Part shown: piece after piece, positions 20,950 to 32,929 of the stretch | Layout: the number at the start of each line of letters is the position of its first letter | How positions within the stretch are numbered: position 1 is the first letter of the stretch | From: Octopus bimaculoides | Taxonomy: Eukaryota | DNA: 33,434 nucleotides | Direction of reading: 5' to 3' | NCBI RefSeq assembly: GCF_001194135.2 | Contig: NC_068989.1 | Span: forward strand, 40,575,697 to 40,609,130 | Notes under the pieces: generated by a model | What the model was told of the DNA's origin: nothing | Seen by the model: the letters and a program-made list of their open reading frames with translations, nothing else | Databases searched by the model: none | Program-made: the position numbers and the translations under genes

Positions 20950-21883
20950 CTAGCCGCTTAGGCGCTTAAACCCGAAACTATTACAGTACCTTGTGTTGGA
21001 TTTAGCTGGTGTCGATGGTACCTTTGGCATAATACAATGGCAGCCAGTTCTGGCATTTGTATAACACTGAATGCCAAATGTTGGTACTAGCCCTTCTAGG
21101 ATTCTCCATATGTATATTATTGCATATCTATCATGCCTTCGCTCCAGAGTGTAAAGTTGTAGTTTTCTCAGCCTCTCCATGTAGCTTATCCGCTGCACTG
21201 TTTCAGTTTTTTAATTGTAGTGCCGTTGGACTACTTCAAACTCCGCTGTCAGTTTTGCACTATATGGTGACTATAACTGGGAGCAGTTGTCCAGGCGGCT
21301 GAGAACAAAAGTTCTTCACAGGGTCAACATAGTTTCTTGGTCTCGTCTTGAAGGACCTCAGTATCAATCCTACAAGTTGTCTGCACTTTGCTACCATTTT
21401 GCTAATGTGCATTGCACATACTGATCCCATGTCCTTCACTGCCTGTAACTCTGAGATTGTATTGCCTTCGGGTCTTGTATATGTACTGTATTCGTAAGTT
21501 GATAGTGCAGTGCTTGAAATTTGCAGCATTAAACTGCATGTTGTCTATTTCGGCCCACTTGTATATTGAATTTAGGTCCCGCTGTAAGCTTGTGACCTCA
21601 TTTTGGTTTTTTGTTTCCTGTGATAAATTTGTATAGTCGGCAGAGCTAGTGACAGTGGCTGTTCGAGTGACCGTGGGCATGTCTAAGAGGGATATTATGA
21701 ACAGTAATGACGCCAGAACAGTCTCCTTGGGGACACCACTTAGGATTTGAGTTTTCTCAGAAAAGGCACCATTGGCTACAACTACCTGACTTCTGTGTTT
21801 TAGGAAGTCATGCAGTCACTCTCCCAGTTTATCAGCAATGCCAAGGTCTCGTAGCTTATGACTTAACATAATATAATTTTACA
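20950..21883 (-). mobile_element. CR1/L2-group LINE fragment: degraded RT domain and C-terminus
   Basis: HKLRDLGIADKLGE*LHDFLKHRSQVVVANG...SGVPKETVLASLLFII...SSADYTN (for FADDT)...LQRDLNSIYKWAEIDNMQFN...VKDMG...LQLYTLERRHDRYAIIYIWRILEGLVP. Confidence 0.85.
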
Positions 21884-21970
21884 AACTTCGAGAAGGCTTG
21901 AAATGAAATTTTTATCTTTTAACAGCAACGTTTAAAAGATAAAAACTTAATTTCAAGTCTTCTCGAAGTT
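21884..21970. repeat. Near-perfect inverted repeat (39-bp arms, 9-bp spacer)
   Basis: AACTTCGAGAAGGCTTGAAATGAAATTTTTATCTTTTAA versus the reverse complement of 21932-21970: 36/39 identical. Confidence 0.9.
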
Positions 21971-22107
21971 GAGTTCTGTAGATTTTTAGCGAATAAACTT
22001 TTAGTGAAAATAACTCTTTGAGGCCTTCGACTTTTTTATTCAAAGGGTTTTTAAACCTAAACTTGAAGGCCATTATTTATGATATACTCTCTTTTCTCTT
22101 TATTTTT

Positions 22108-22324
22108 TTACTTGTTTCAGTCATTTGACTGCGGCCATGCTGGAGCACCGCCTTTAGTCGTGCAAATCAACTCCAGGACTTATTCTTTAGAAGCCTAGTA
22201 CTTATTCTATCGGACCCTTTTGCCGAACCGCTAACTTACGGGGACGTAAACACACTACCATCAAGCGATGGTGGGGGGACAAACACGGACACACACACAC
22301 TCACACACACACACACACACACAT

Positions 22325-22383
<59 letters not shown>

Positions 22384-22533
22384 TACGACAGGCTTCTTTC
22401 AGTTTCTGTCTACCAAAGCCACTCACAAGGCTTTGGTCGGCCCGAGGCTATAGTAGAAGACACTTGCCCAAGGTGCCACGCAGTGGGACTGAACCCGGAA
22501 CCATGTGGTTGGTAAGCAAGCTACTTACCACAG
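22108..22533 (-). mobile_element. Family-2 tRNA/CORE-type SINE (like octopus OR-type SINEs), near full length and well preserved
   Basis: Minus strand GTGGTAAGTAGCTTGCTTACCAACCACATGGTTCCGGGTTCAGTCCCACTGCGTGGCACCTTGGGCAAGTGTCTT (B-box plus CORE-like CCTTGGGCAAG), internal (TA)n(TG)n, 3' end GACTGAAACAAGTAA. Confidence 0.9.
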
Positions 22534-23384
22534 ATATTAGTCTAAAGCCGTTTTCGCCTTGACATTTCCTGTCTTACAATAATGGTGAAAATATATGCCA
22601 GTGGTATAATGAAGGACATGTTATCTTCTAAATCGTATAAAGTTGGCAATGCTTTAGGTTTACAATTGAATGTTCGATACTAATAATACGGTAGATTCGC
22701 TGTCTACGTAATATATTACACATGTGAATGCGAGTAGCCTAGCGACTAGAGTCTTGTACTCACCATCGCAAGATTAGTTATGCGACGGTGTGGCTTTCTA
22801 TTCAGAGGAAACGGTGCTCTGCCCGCCTACCCAGCGGGATAGCATCAACTGAAAGTTACAAGGATGTGGGTAACTTCTTTGTAACTAGTGGTGCGTAACA
22901 ACATTCAAGAACCTGGTCGATACATTATATGTCAACTCTTTATAAATCAACTCTTTATTATAAGTGCTAGTAATTTACTGATTTTATATATAGGTAGGTA
23001 GACAGAGGGATACATAGACGGACAGATATGCATACAGAAATAAATATACACAGAGAGGGAGAGAAAGGTGCATACATGTATAGATTTATGGATTAGATTA
23101 ATTTCACTAAATATATCAGCGACTCCTTAAATTTCTAATTTTGTGCTTACGTTTAAAATCTTTTTTGTCTCGTTTTTTACGTTGTCTTTAGTATCGTTGT
23201 TAGTGTTGCATCAGAAGGATTGAAGAAGGAATTATACAAACCTTCCAACTTATGACAAAAGGTTTTACAGTATCTAGTTCCATCTTTTTAACATCTTAAT
23301 TAAAATCCAACGAAGGTGAACTTTGCTTCCGCTCCTCCTGAATCGATTAAATACACAGTGATCAAATAGAGACTTTCGTTCTCT

Positions 23385-23782
23385 TTTCTACTGTTGTTGT
23401 TGTTGTTGGCACTCCGTCGCTTACGACGTCGAGGGTTCCAGTTGGCCCAATCAACGGAACAGCCTGCTCGTGAAATTAACGTACAAGTGGCTGAGCACTC
23501 CACAGACACGTGTACCCTTAACGTAGTTTTCGGGGATATTCAGCGTGACACAGTGTGACAAGGTTGGCTCTTTGAATTACAGGCTCTACAGAAAGGGGAA
23601 GTAAGAGTGATAGAAAGTTGTGGTGAAAGAGTACAGCAGGGTTCTCCACCATCCCCTGCCGGAGCCTCGTGGAGCTTTAGGTATTTTCACTCAATAAACA
23701 CTCACAACGCCCGGTCTGGGAATCGAAACCGCGATCCTATGACCACGAGTCCGCTGCCGTAACCACTGGGCCATTGGGCCTC
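23385..23782 (-). mobile_element. Family-3 tRNA-derived SINE with (AAC)n tail
   Basis: Head TGGCCCAGTGGTT (A box)...GGTTTCGATTCCC (B box); 3' end CGACGGAGTGCCAACAACAACAAC. Confidence 0.85.
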
Positions 23783-25159
23783 TATTCTTTTCTACTAAAC
23801 CCAAAGATATAAGCTTGTTCCGCCATAAAGACAATATTATTATTATGTTGTTGATCACTTTCCTCTCTCAGTAAGCGACGATAAAGTAAATCTATGATCA
23901 AGGACACCCCAAACGTGATCCCCACCACATTTCTATAAGATATAATAAATCTAGAACTACATTATCTTGGATACAAATGTCTCCTGTTTTGAACTTCTAA
24001 AACATTTAGCTGATATTTTTAGCAAGACGAGCTTTCTATGAATACACCTTCCTTCTTCGGTTCATCTTTATCATTACTGATGTGGACGAAGTATGGTATA
24101 AGGACAGTTATGGGGGATCCCCAGACAGACTTATATTTAGTACTTAGTAACACTTCACTACTATTTGACTTCAAAGACACTCCCTTCGCTACCCTCTCAA
24201 CGTTATTTCTCATTCTATTGCTTTTCTTACAAAATATTACCAACATTTAATCCACTCGAGAAAGTATTGTAATTATGCCGTAATCAAATACATACTTTAA
24301 GATAATGTAAGAGCTGCCAGAGATCCAAGTCAGTGACCTGCTTTCGATTATTTTGGATTTATAACGATAAAAACTAAAATAAAAATAAAATAATTATCGC
24401 ACACCTATGCTTACACATTTTATTTTTGAACCCCACTTCAATGAATCTAAAACATTGGGTTTGTGTGAGAAAAGTGATAGCATAATCTGTTTATTTTGCT
24501 TTTCATCTCTCAGGGGGTCGATAGAGTAAATAAGAACCATATTGCGGGGTGAAATCGGTCGACTTACGACCTACAAAGCTGTGCGCTCTGTTGCTGATGC
24601 TGAAGTCATTAAGCACGTGTTCTCTAGAGTAGTAAGATCCCGGAGAGCCTAATTTGTGATGTGATTTTGAGTCTCAACTAAATCTTTATTTTTTTTTTTT
24701 CTTAAAAATAAGACACTTCCTTGTTGTAAAGGCTCTGGATAAGATGATTAGCCTTTTTTTTTTTTTCTCTTACACTATTTTTCGTTTGTTTGATTCTTTA
24801 TTTATTGCATTCATTTCCAAACACTCTATCATTCACGACTGGTGATGGCTGTATTTTCCTGAACAAAACATAGGATACCGCATTAGACAAATTTCTTTGT
24901 TTCGCTGCGATCCATTCGGTTCTCTTAGGTGAAGATAAGTTTTATGCTTCCAAGTTCGATATAATACGCACGTACCAGTCGAATATTAATAAGAAATTAA
25001 TCGGACATTGAATGGAATGAAGTACTTTTGAAAAAATGTTATACTACACTCAAATGTGATCCTGTACTTCCTGTATTCATAGCTCACCGATGCTGCAAAT
25101 ATCAAAAACTAAAATTGTTTCTTAACTACAAAAACATCGGTTTTTAAAATTTGCACATG

Positions 25160-25350
25160 GATGAAAATTTGGGGGATGATAATATTGATTAAATTGATCT
25201 CAGTACTTGACTAATACTTTATTTTAATGACCATGATTAAATGAAAGGCAAAGCTGACTTCGACAGAATTTGAACTCACAGTTTAAAGGGCCGTGAATAA
25301 CTACTCCGTTGTTTTGTCCGACATTCTTAAGATTCTATTAATCCACGACT
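25160..25350 (-). mobile_element. Family-1 SINE, diverged
   Basis: AATGAAAGGCAAAGCTGACTTCGACAGAATTTGAACTCA core. Confidence 0.7.
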
Positions 25351-26286
25351 CCTTCCTAATATATTGGTTTTCTGTTGATTTTTAATATTGTTATTATTAT
25401 AGAGCATAAATGGTAAACAACTCTAGCTGAAACCTCATTTCTCTCGGCAATTGTCATAATTTTCATTCATGTAATTTCCCTAATCTCACAAATGCATTAC
25501 TTATAGTAAATAGATAAATGTATAAAAATTATCATTGCACATTCCCATAATAAAATGATCAGACTTTTAATCTATGTAACTATCAACTGTTTCTTACAGA
25601 ATCAAAAACATGAAATCTTATTTAATTACTGGAATACTAAATTGCTGTATTACCAAATTGGTAGTTTTATTGCGAATGATAACCAATAAATTTTAGAAAA
25701 CAGTTCAAGAAATTGTCTCTATGTTACTAGTAGTACAAGTTAATTTTAAATTTTGTTGTGGTTTAGTACAAGTCATCTAGTATCTCTATGTTGAAAGATG
25801 CTCCAATCAGTCTTTTCTAGTTATATATGTGTGGTGTGAGTGTGTGTTGTTGGTTCCAGCAGGTTAATCGAAAGTGTGAAGTTTCATTACTTCTTAGCAG
25901 TTTCAATATTTGTTAACATATTTCGAACGGCCGTTAGTAGAACCAGTAAACACTGGTTGATATGCACTGATGCATTTGGCTACGACTATCTGTCACTTAA
26001 AATTTAAGTTCAAGTCCTACCTGACTTGATATAATCTCAATTTACACCCAACGCAAATTATATGCAACTATAATCTAAAAATTGGCAACACAGACACATG
26101 TATGAGCCTCTTTGTGGTAACACCACCTGCTACAAATAGGGGGAACATATTCCCAAACAACCCCCGATAATAAATTTTAAAAAATAAGTGGCGGTGTTCA
26201 TAAAAAGAGCATATTTCTAGATTTAGGAAAGGAAGGGATGACGATGGTTGGATTACATTTGGGTATAACTCTGATAGGTCAGGACC

Positions 26287-26444
26287 TATATATAGATATG
26301 TATATGTAAGAATATATATAGATATGTATATGTAAGAATATATATAGATATGTATGTATAAGTATATTCACATATATGTATGTATATATATAAACGCATA
26401 TATTTATGTATATATATGTATATGTATGTATGTGCATACATGTG

Positions 26445-26475
<31 letters not shown>

Positions 26476-26545
26476 GTTTATATGTACATATATTCATGTA
26501 TGTCTACATATTTATATGTATGTGTATATATGTATATGTGTATGT
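26287..26545. repeat. (TA/TG)-rich compound microsatellite including a 26-bp tandem unit
   Basis: TATATATAGATATGTATATGTAAGAA occurs twice, followed by a TATG/TA mosaic. A decayed family-2 SINE 3' half follows (~26545-26690). Confidence 0.85.
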
Positions 26546-26719
26546 GTCTCTTTGCACTCCCCTACCCATCGCTTTACAAGTGATGCTTTTTCACGTCCCC
26601 GTGTCTTCGTAACTCTGCAACAGCATGGTCAGAGCGATGATAAATTACTCGATATTAAAGAAATGTAGCAGCAAGAAGATATACGAGTTAGCATTCATAA
26701 ATTATTAACAGAGAGAGCT

Positions 26720-27000
26720 ATGTAAACATTCTTATACAGCCTTTCTGGTTGTTATCTGGAGTGGATGCTATATGACTAGCCCAGCCATCTACTGTTGATT
26801 TCGCCATAAAAAGATACCGGCTCTTTAATTCTGAATTCGTAGTGACGCCATAAACTTTGTTTATTGTTGAAGACTGGTTTTTACGTCTCTTGTCATGTAA
26901 CTTCACTCCACGCATGTTATCCATTGTTTAAGGTCCAATTTTAAACTCAGTTTTTGGCTCGGATACTGGCTTGTAGGTAGGGACCCAAAGCCTGGTGTAA
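26720..27000 (-). mobile_element. Decayed RTE-clade LINE 3' fragment
   Basis: MRGVKLHDKRR...GWASHIASTPDN resembles the RTE C-terminal 'MLGV.L.DR.R...W.WAGH.AR..DN' pattern. Confidence 0.55.
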
Positions 27001-27531
27001 CTTCTCAAAAGACTGACCCATCACCAGCTGTTTAACATCAGAGTATTTGCAGGGTTATGTTGCCCCTGCACACACGCACTCAGATACAGATACAATTACG
27101 TGTGTGTGTGTGTGTGTGTGCGTGTGTGTGTGTGTGCTGAAGAATTTCGAATGAGATGCATAATGGAAGTCAACCTATGCTTACAACTTCAATAAGGTAT
27201 TAATCATAATTTGTCCACTGGTTTTTTTCTTTTTTTATAGTTACATCCGAGTTATCTACGGAGTATATAAACAAAAGCAATATCAAATGCGTGATTTGGT
27301 CTTTTTACTATAACATCTTAAATTATATGATTTTTCATCATATAATTTATGCTGTAATAAGGAGATAAACTTAATCCTGTTATATTCTGTCCTTATTCTG
27401 CCCATTGTGCAGTGCATCAATCTTTCGATAGGGACCTATGTACGATGGGTGAAAACGATTGTAGTGATTAATAAAGTATCTCGTGGGTCCCATTTTCTCT
27501 TTCTCTTGTATGATTTTATTTATATATATAT

Positions 27532-27590
<59 letters not shown>
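27532..27590. repeat. (GA)n microsatellite
   Basis: Direct reading. Confidence 0.95.
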
Positions 27591-27598
<8 letters not shown>

Positions 27599-27809
27599 AG
27601 ATAGATCTGATGAGATTTTCTTAGGTCCCTTCGAGAGCCGTTTTTACGCGGTTAAGGTCTTAAATATGGTAGCGTGTAACTACTTTAACTTATTTCTTTC
27701 TGGGGTTTGAGAAAGCACCTAATGCTTTCCATTCTACTATAATTGTTCCATTTAGTAATTGAAGCCAAAAAAAAAAAAAATCGAATCCCTAATTTAAACC
27801 TCTGGGTTT

Positions 27810-28200
27810 ATAACTTGATTTTCATCGATTTTTCAAGGATTTCGTAACTTGTTTTTTCCTTCCAACTTTTTTCTCCAATCTTTCTTTTTATAAATATATT
27901 TTGAATTCTATGCTCTGTATGAGAATAGCATGTGTCCTGATAGTTTTGATTTGGGTTTCTATGTGAATGTCTCTCTCTCTCTCGAACATTTTCCTCAGCC
28001 AAATTCCCATCTTCTTCTGCAGACCATGACAACTCCAAAATTTTTCTTTCATCTTTGCATTATATCTGACAGCATTATTTATTCGGAATATTGTTATGTT
28101 CCACTTGGTAATTTCGTAATTCTGATTACTGTGTAGTTTTCTGAATGCCTCTTTAAATTCTTTTCCCAATAACGATACTGCATCTTATCGTTTGTTAACT
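27810..28200 (-). mobile_element. Possible highly decayed RTE-like LINE 3' fragment
   Basis: Frameshifted pieces KKNFGVVMVC...SKLSGHM...KKLEGKNKLRNP loosely match RTE 'RKIFG...RL.W.GH...LEGKR.RGRP'. Confidence 0.35.
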
Positions 28201-28629
28201 ATCAACAGTGTGATTGGACTCTTTTCGGTACTTTATTTGTATTACTCCCTAGAATAATTTCCCTCATCCTTTTATTAATGCTTGTATTTACGAAGAAGTA
28301 CCTTCTATTCGGGGTATTCATCTAAATTTCAATATATTAGAGTGAACCAAACTTGTTATTCCTTCACATAAACTATCGAGCCGATGCCGTTTCTTTCCTC
28401 AAACGTATGTCTTATGTAACTCTGTTCTTTATATTTTCTTTTGCCCTCATATAAGAATTCATTGTTTTAAATCTTGCGTTGATCATTTTATGTGTTTTTT
28501 TGTGTAGGACAGCTTTTCATTGCACAGAATGACTGATAGTGTTTGTTCTGAATCTTCACACTCTGAATTGAAACCCCACCTATGTCAACTTTATCTGTCT
28601 GAAGTCTATGTTATATCCTATTAAAATAC

Positions 28630-28870
28630 GTGGATTGGCGGAAGTGTAATCAACGACGTACAGGAAGTCTTGCGGTACTTATTCTAGATTTTGTGTTCTG
28701 AGTCCTATACAGAGTTGACACTCTACTGATTCTACTATTTCCTACTTTTCAGTACCACCAACATCAACGTCATTTTTATCATTATTATATTCGAATCAAA
28801 AGCCGACTTTGCCTTTCATCCTCTCAGCCTCAATAAAATAAATACCAGCTGAACACAGAGGTCCATATGT
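28630..28870 (+). mobile_element. Highly diverged family-1 SINE with a ~70-bp internal insertion
   Basis: Head-like 28630-28705, then unrelated sequence, then CCGACTTTGCCTTTCATCCTCTC...AATAAAATAAATACCAG. Confidence 0.55.
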
Positions 28871-29129
28871 CAAGCCTCATTACTGTTCATTTTTACTATT
28901 TATAGCTGGATATTCTTCAGACGCTCCTTCAATTTCTGCATTGATTTCCTTAATAGAAATTTATTTTTGTGGATTTTATTTTCCTTTTGTGTTTCTGAGT
29001 TATTGAAAAACATTAGTGATTGATCAACCGTTTTCGTTACTTGCTCAAGGAGGAAAACTTTTAAAAGAACTGTTTTTGAAGACATAAATATTAATGCCAG
29101 AGTGTATTACCGGTTTGTGATAAACTCTA

Positions 29130-29750
29130 CAGGAATGGAAGTTCTGTTATCTTGGTGTGGTCGAGAAGCATGCAGAGCGACGAAGCTTTTCTCCAGCACT
29201 CGAGGATTTCTGAGTTGCGGGTTTTATCGAATATCTGTCACGCGAGGACGCATGCTGCTATTAGCTAAGCGCACTTTTAAAACCATCTCATCACCTTCCC
29301 TTTTCCAAGAAATACAGGTAGCGTTTATCTGTCTGGTAGTCTAACGAAGGATGTGTGGTGGACCAAAATGTCTCTGGTTAAACGCTCGTCAGCTTTTGCA
29401 AGCTTTACTTTGCATAGGAAAGTGAGGGTGGAAAGAAGAGTGCTGCCTTCCCACAAATTTGTTGAAAGGTGAGTGAACGTGACAACAACTCTCCGAGTGT
29501 ACGGGCTTACACTGAACATACACCTCTAGATTCACGGAGGAGAAAGTAAGTGTTTGTCCTCCTGGTTAGGCAACCGAGGTTTGTGATGTTCCCACAATAG
29601 CTATTAGGAGTCTGCCCTCTTTAGGGTAATTTTTATTGTTTCAATTTTCTTCTTTCTTTGTTTTTGTTTGACAGTTTACAGCCATTCTTGTAATCCCTCA
29701 TCATATCACTGTGTTGTATCATCTTGTGCCGTCCTTGCTCTGTGTGTAAG
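29130..29750 (+). mobile_element. L1/Tx1-clade LINE 3' fragment 'C' (ORF2 C-terminus plus 3'UTR)
   Basis: Frameshifted ...AFICLVV...KDVWWTK...TLHRKVRVERRVLPSHKFVER*VNV...GLTLNIHL* matches the element B C-terminus (HLKRKVWLER...F.KRW.RV). The 3'UTR ends GTCCTTGCTCTGTGTGTAAG. Confidence 0.7.
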
Positions 29751-29910
29751 CAGCATTTCTTCCGATTTTATATTTGGAGTTCAAATTCTGTTGATGTTGA
29801 CGTTGTTTTTCAGCCTTTCAAGTTCAATAACATAGGCACCAGTTAAGCACTGGGGCCCATTTAATCAACTAACCATCTCACAAAAAAAATCGGGCTTTGT
29901 GCCTCTAGTA
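29751..29910 (+). mobile_element. Family-1 SINE lacking its 5' head, starting at the Tx1 target position
   Basis: Begins CAGCATTTCTTCCG...GGAGTTCAAATTC, aligning to CGGTATTTCGTC; tail GGGCTTTGTGCCTCTAGTAG. Confidence 0.7.
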
Positions 29911-29911
29911 G

Positions 29912-30127
29912 TAAGAATTAAAGGCAGCGAGTTAGCAGAACCGTAAGCGCGCTAGACAAAATGGTTAGCAGGTTTTAGTCTAGTTTTACATTCTAAATTC
30001 AAACTCTACCCAGGTCGACTTTCACCGTTTCAGCGTTGATTAAATGAGTACCAATTGTGTATTGGGTTGATGTAATCGGTTATAATCCTACTCTAAAATT
30101 TCATGCCTTGTGCTGATAGTAGAAAGG
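29912..30127 (+). mobile_element. Family-1 SINE followed by (GAT)n/(AAT)n/(ATT)n repeats (30128-30246)
   Basis: GGCAGCGAGTTAGCAGAACCG head; tail TGCCTTGTGCTGATAGTAGAAAGG. Confidence 0.8.
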
Positions 30128-30193
30128 ATGATGATGACGATGATGATGATAGTAATAGTAATAATAATAATAACGATAATAATAATAATAATA

Positions 30194-30247
<54 letters not shown>

Positions 30248-30249
30248 CA

Positions 30250-30595
30250 ACAGCGGTGAGCTGGAAGTATCGTTAGCCTGCCGGGCGAAATGCTTAGCTG
30301 CGAATTGGCAGAATATTTAGCATACCACACAAAATGATTTGCATCAATTAGTCCAGTTACATTCTGAATTCAAACTTCGCCAAAGTCGACTGGGCCATCT
30401 GTCCTTTCGAGCTCGATAAAATAAATAACAATTGCGCATTGTGATGAATGTAATCGACTAACCCCCGCCTCCCAAAATTTCAGGTTTCGTACCTATAATA
30501 GAAAGGATCTTTGGGTTCATAAAATAAGTACTAGGGTCAATGTAATCGACTTAAAACCTCCCTGAAATTGCTGGTCGTGTGCCAAAATTTGAAAC

Positions 30596-30632
<37 letters not shown>
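30250..30632 (+). mobile_element. Family-1 SINE plus a further 3' fragment with the alternative tail and (ATT)n
   Basis: CAGCGGTGAGCTGGAAGTATCGTTAGC head (interrupted), core ~30360-30430, tail ~30500. Second tail GTGTGCCAAAATTTGAAACC(ATT)n. Confidence 0.7.
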
Positions 30633-30635
<3 letters not shown>

Positions 30636-31775
30636 CAAACGTACTCACTGTCAAAATGTATTGTGGGTGGCATTTTATAAAATACAAAGATTCCTGCAAT
30701 GAAGATGATAAATTGTTTGTTTTGTTTTTAACATAAATGAATTTACATTCACGCCAATAATGCAAACACTGAGTCGGTTATTTTGTTAGCACAGCTGTTT
30801 AGATACATATTATTACTTTTCAAAGTGGAAGTCATTCACATAAAAATTTTTGCGTAACACAACGCTTCATGTCTCCAATCGAAGGTTTAGTGGGTTCGCT
30901 GACCCAGAACAGCCAATGAGTTCTAGTAAAAGTACTCATAACAAAATATTTCCAGCTAAACAAAACAGGAACTCCCGTAGAGTGAACAGTAATTTCTTTC
31001 ACAGATTCCAGCCTTTATATATAGTGTGCTGTTACAACAACCATGTCGATTCCAGTTGACTCTGATCAAACTGATTCTTCTTCGTGCTTATAACCACTGT
31101 TTTTGCATTACTTAACGTCGTTCGAATTATAGGTCATATTCCTATGATGTCTCATTCCACAGTATTCGAAAAAAAATTAGCCACTCTCATCTGGATCTAC
31201 GTATTACGTCCAAATGTTGTTTTGTATACTTATTTATTTCCTTTTATTTTTCAATGAGAACATTCCGTGCTGATATTTTACTGCTTAGTTTTGGAGAGAA
31301 AATACTAAACAAAATGTTTCAACAAAGTGTTTACGTGCAGTGAATATACTGAATGAATAATGAGGGATATAGTGGCTATTTTTGGTAGAATTAGATGGAG
31401 ATATCATGCAGCTCGTTATAGTTAATGGTATTGCTTAACCTCATATCGTCTGGAAAGAAGCAGCCTATGGTCAGATGCATTCCTAACTATATTTCCTACT
31501 ATCAGTGGCTGATCTACTATAAAATTAATGAAGCTTAAGCTAATACCTGAGGGGCCCTCTGATCAACTTCATTTCTTCATTTTGTCAATATTTTTATTTT
31601 TTGGTATTTTGCCATGCAGACAGGGCCGATAAGACGAAATAGACTGAGAAAAAAGTTTTGTCTATACACCAGTCACCTAAAAAAGAATGGTGCTAGTGAA
31701 ACAACAAAGAAAAGTAAAAAAAAAAATGTATGTTTGTGTGTTTGAATGTATATATATATATATATATATATATAT

Positions 31776-32263
31776 NNNNNNNNNNNNNNNNNNNNNNNNN
31801 NNNNNNNNNNNNNNNNNNNNNNNNNNNNNNNNNNNNNNNNNNNNNNNNNNNNNNNNNNNNNNNNNNNNNNNNNNNNNNNNNNNNNNNNNNNNNNNNNNNN
31901 NNNNNNNNNNNNNNNNNNNNNNNNNNNNNNNNNNNNNNNNNNNNNNNNNNNNNNNNNNNNNNNNNNNNNNNNNNNNNNNNNNNNNNNNNNNNNNNNNNNN
32001 NNNNNNNNNNNNNNNNNNNNNNNNNNNNNNNNNNNNNNNNNNNNNNNNNNNNNNNNNNNNNNNNNNNNNNNNNNNNNNNNNNNNNNNNNNNNNNNNNNNN
32101 NNNNNNNNNNNNNNNNNNNNNNNNNNNNNNNNNNNNNNNNNNNNNNNNNNNNNNNNNNNNNNNNNNNNNNNNNNNNNNNNNNNNNNNNNNNNNNNNNNNN
32201 NNNNNNNNNNNNNNNNNNNNNNNNNNNNNNNNNNNNNNNNNNNNNNNNNNNNNNNNNNNNNNN
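31776..32263. other. Assembly gap after (TA)n
   Basis: N run. Confidence 1.
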
Positions 32264-32470
32264 TTGCATTTAATGTAATGCTCGCATTACTTAAATAAAT
32301 GGAGTAGCATGAAACGTGCGTACTGCAACCATCTTTGAAATCCGTGTTGCTTATTTTGATTTTTTGATCACCTAGTTTTTGGAATGGTTTTTATATAATA
32401 CCATACCATACTATATTCTGGTGCCTAAACATAAGTACCATATTCAATTTTTGAATCTAAATCTAAACCT

Positions 32471-32508
<38 letters not shown>

Positions 32509-32929
32509 CGATAACAAGAAACAAACAAAAAAAAGTTTTATTCTCTCTAGTTTAAGTTCCCTCTCCAAGAGCAGCATAGTGCCAGGGAAGTGAAAAAGAA
32601 AAGTAAAGAAAACATGTATGTAGATGTGTGTGTGTGTGTCTATGTATGTATATATGTATGTGTGTGTTTGTATGAATGTATATAGAGAAATAGACTGAAA
32701 AATATGTTTTATTGTCTAGTTGAATTCCTTTTTCCAATGCAACTGACCAATGATGATCTCAAACTGACCGTTTCAAAACATAGGGTTACACACAAACACA
32801 CATTAGCACTGCTAAGCTTTATTGTCTCATTAAGTCTTCGAAATCTTCCTAACATGTACACACATACACTCGATTTTTCCACTCATCGATATTTTTTTTT
32901 TTTTTTTGGAGAACTTAAAGCACTCAAAG

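Noticed and set aside
24019-24250. Overlapping ORFs on both strands (70-75 aa)
   Set aside because: No recognisable domain, splice context or transposase motif.
28900-29085. 61-aa minus-strand ORF as a host exon
   Set aside because: AT-rich, Lys-rich, with no recognisable homology or convincing splice sites.
5958-29750. Element B and fragment C as two halves of one broken LINE
   Set aside because: They are on opposite strands, and each has its own ORF2 C-terminus and 3'UTR.
5027-30430. Recurrent ~50-bp conserved motif that could suggest a CRISPR-like array or tRNA genes
   Set aside because: Copies are dispersed SINE cores with irregular spacing and divergence. The heads have A/B boxes but no complete tRNA cloverleaf or 3' acceptor stem.
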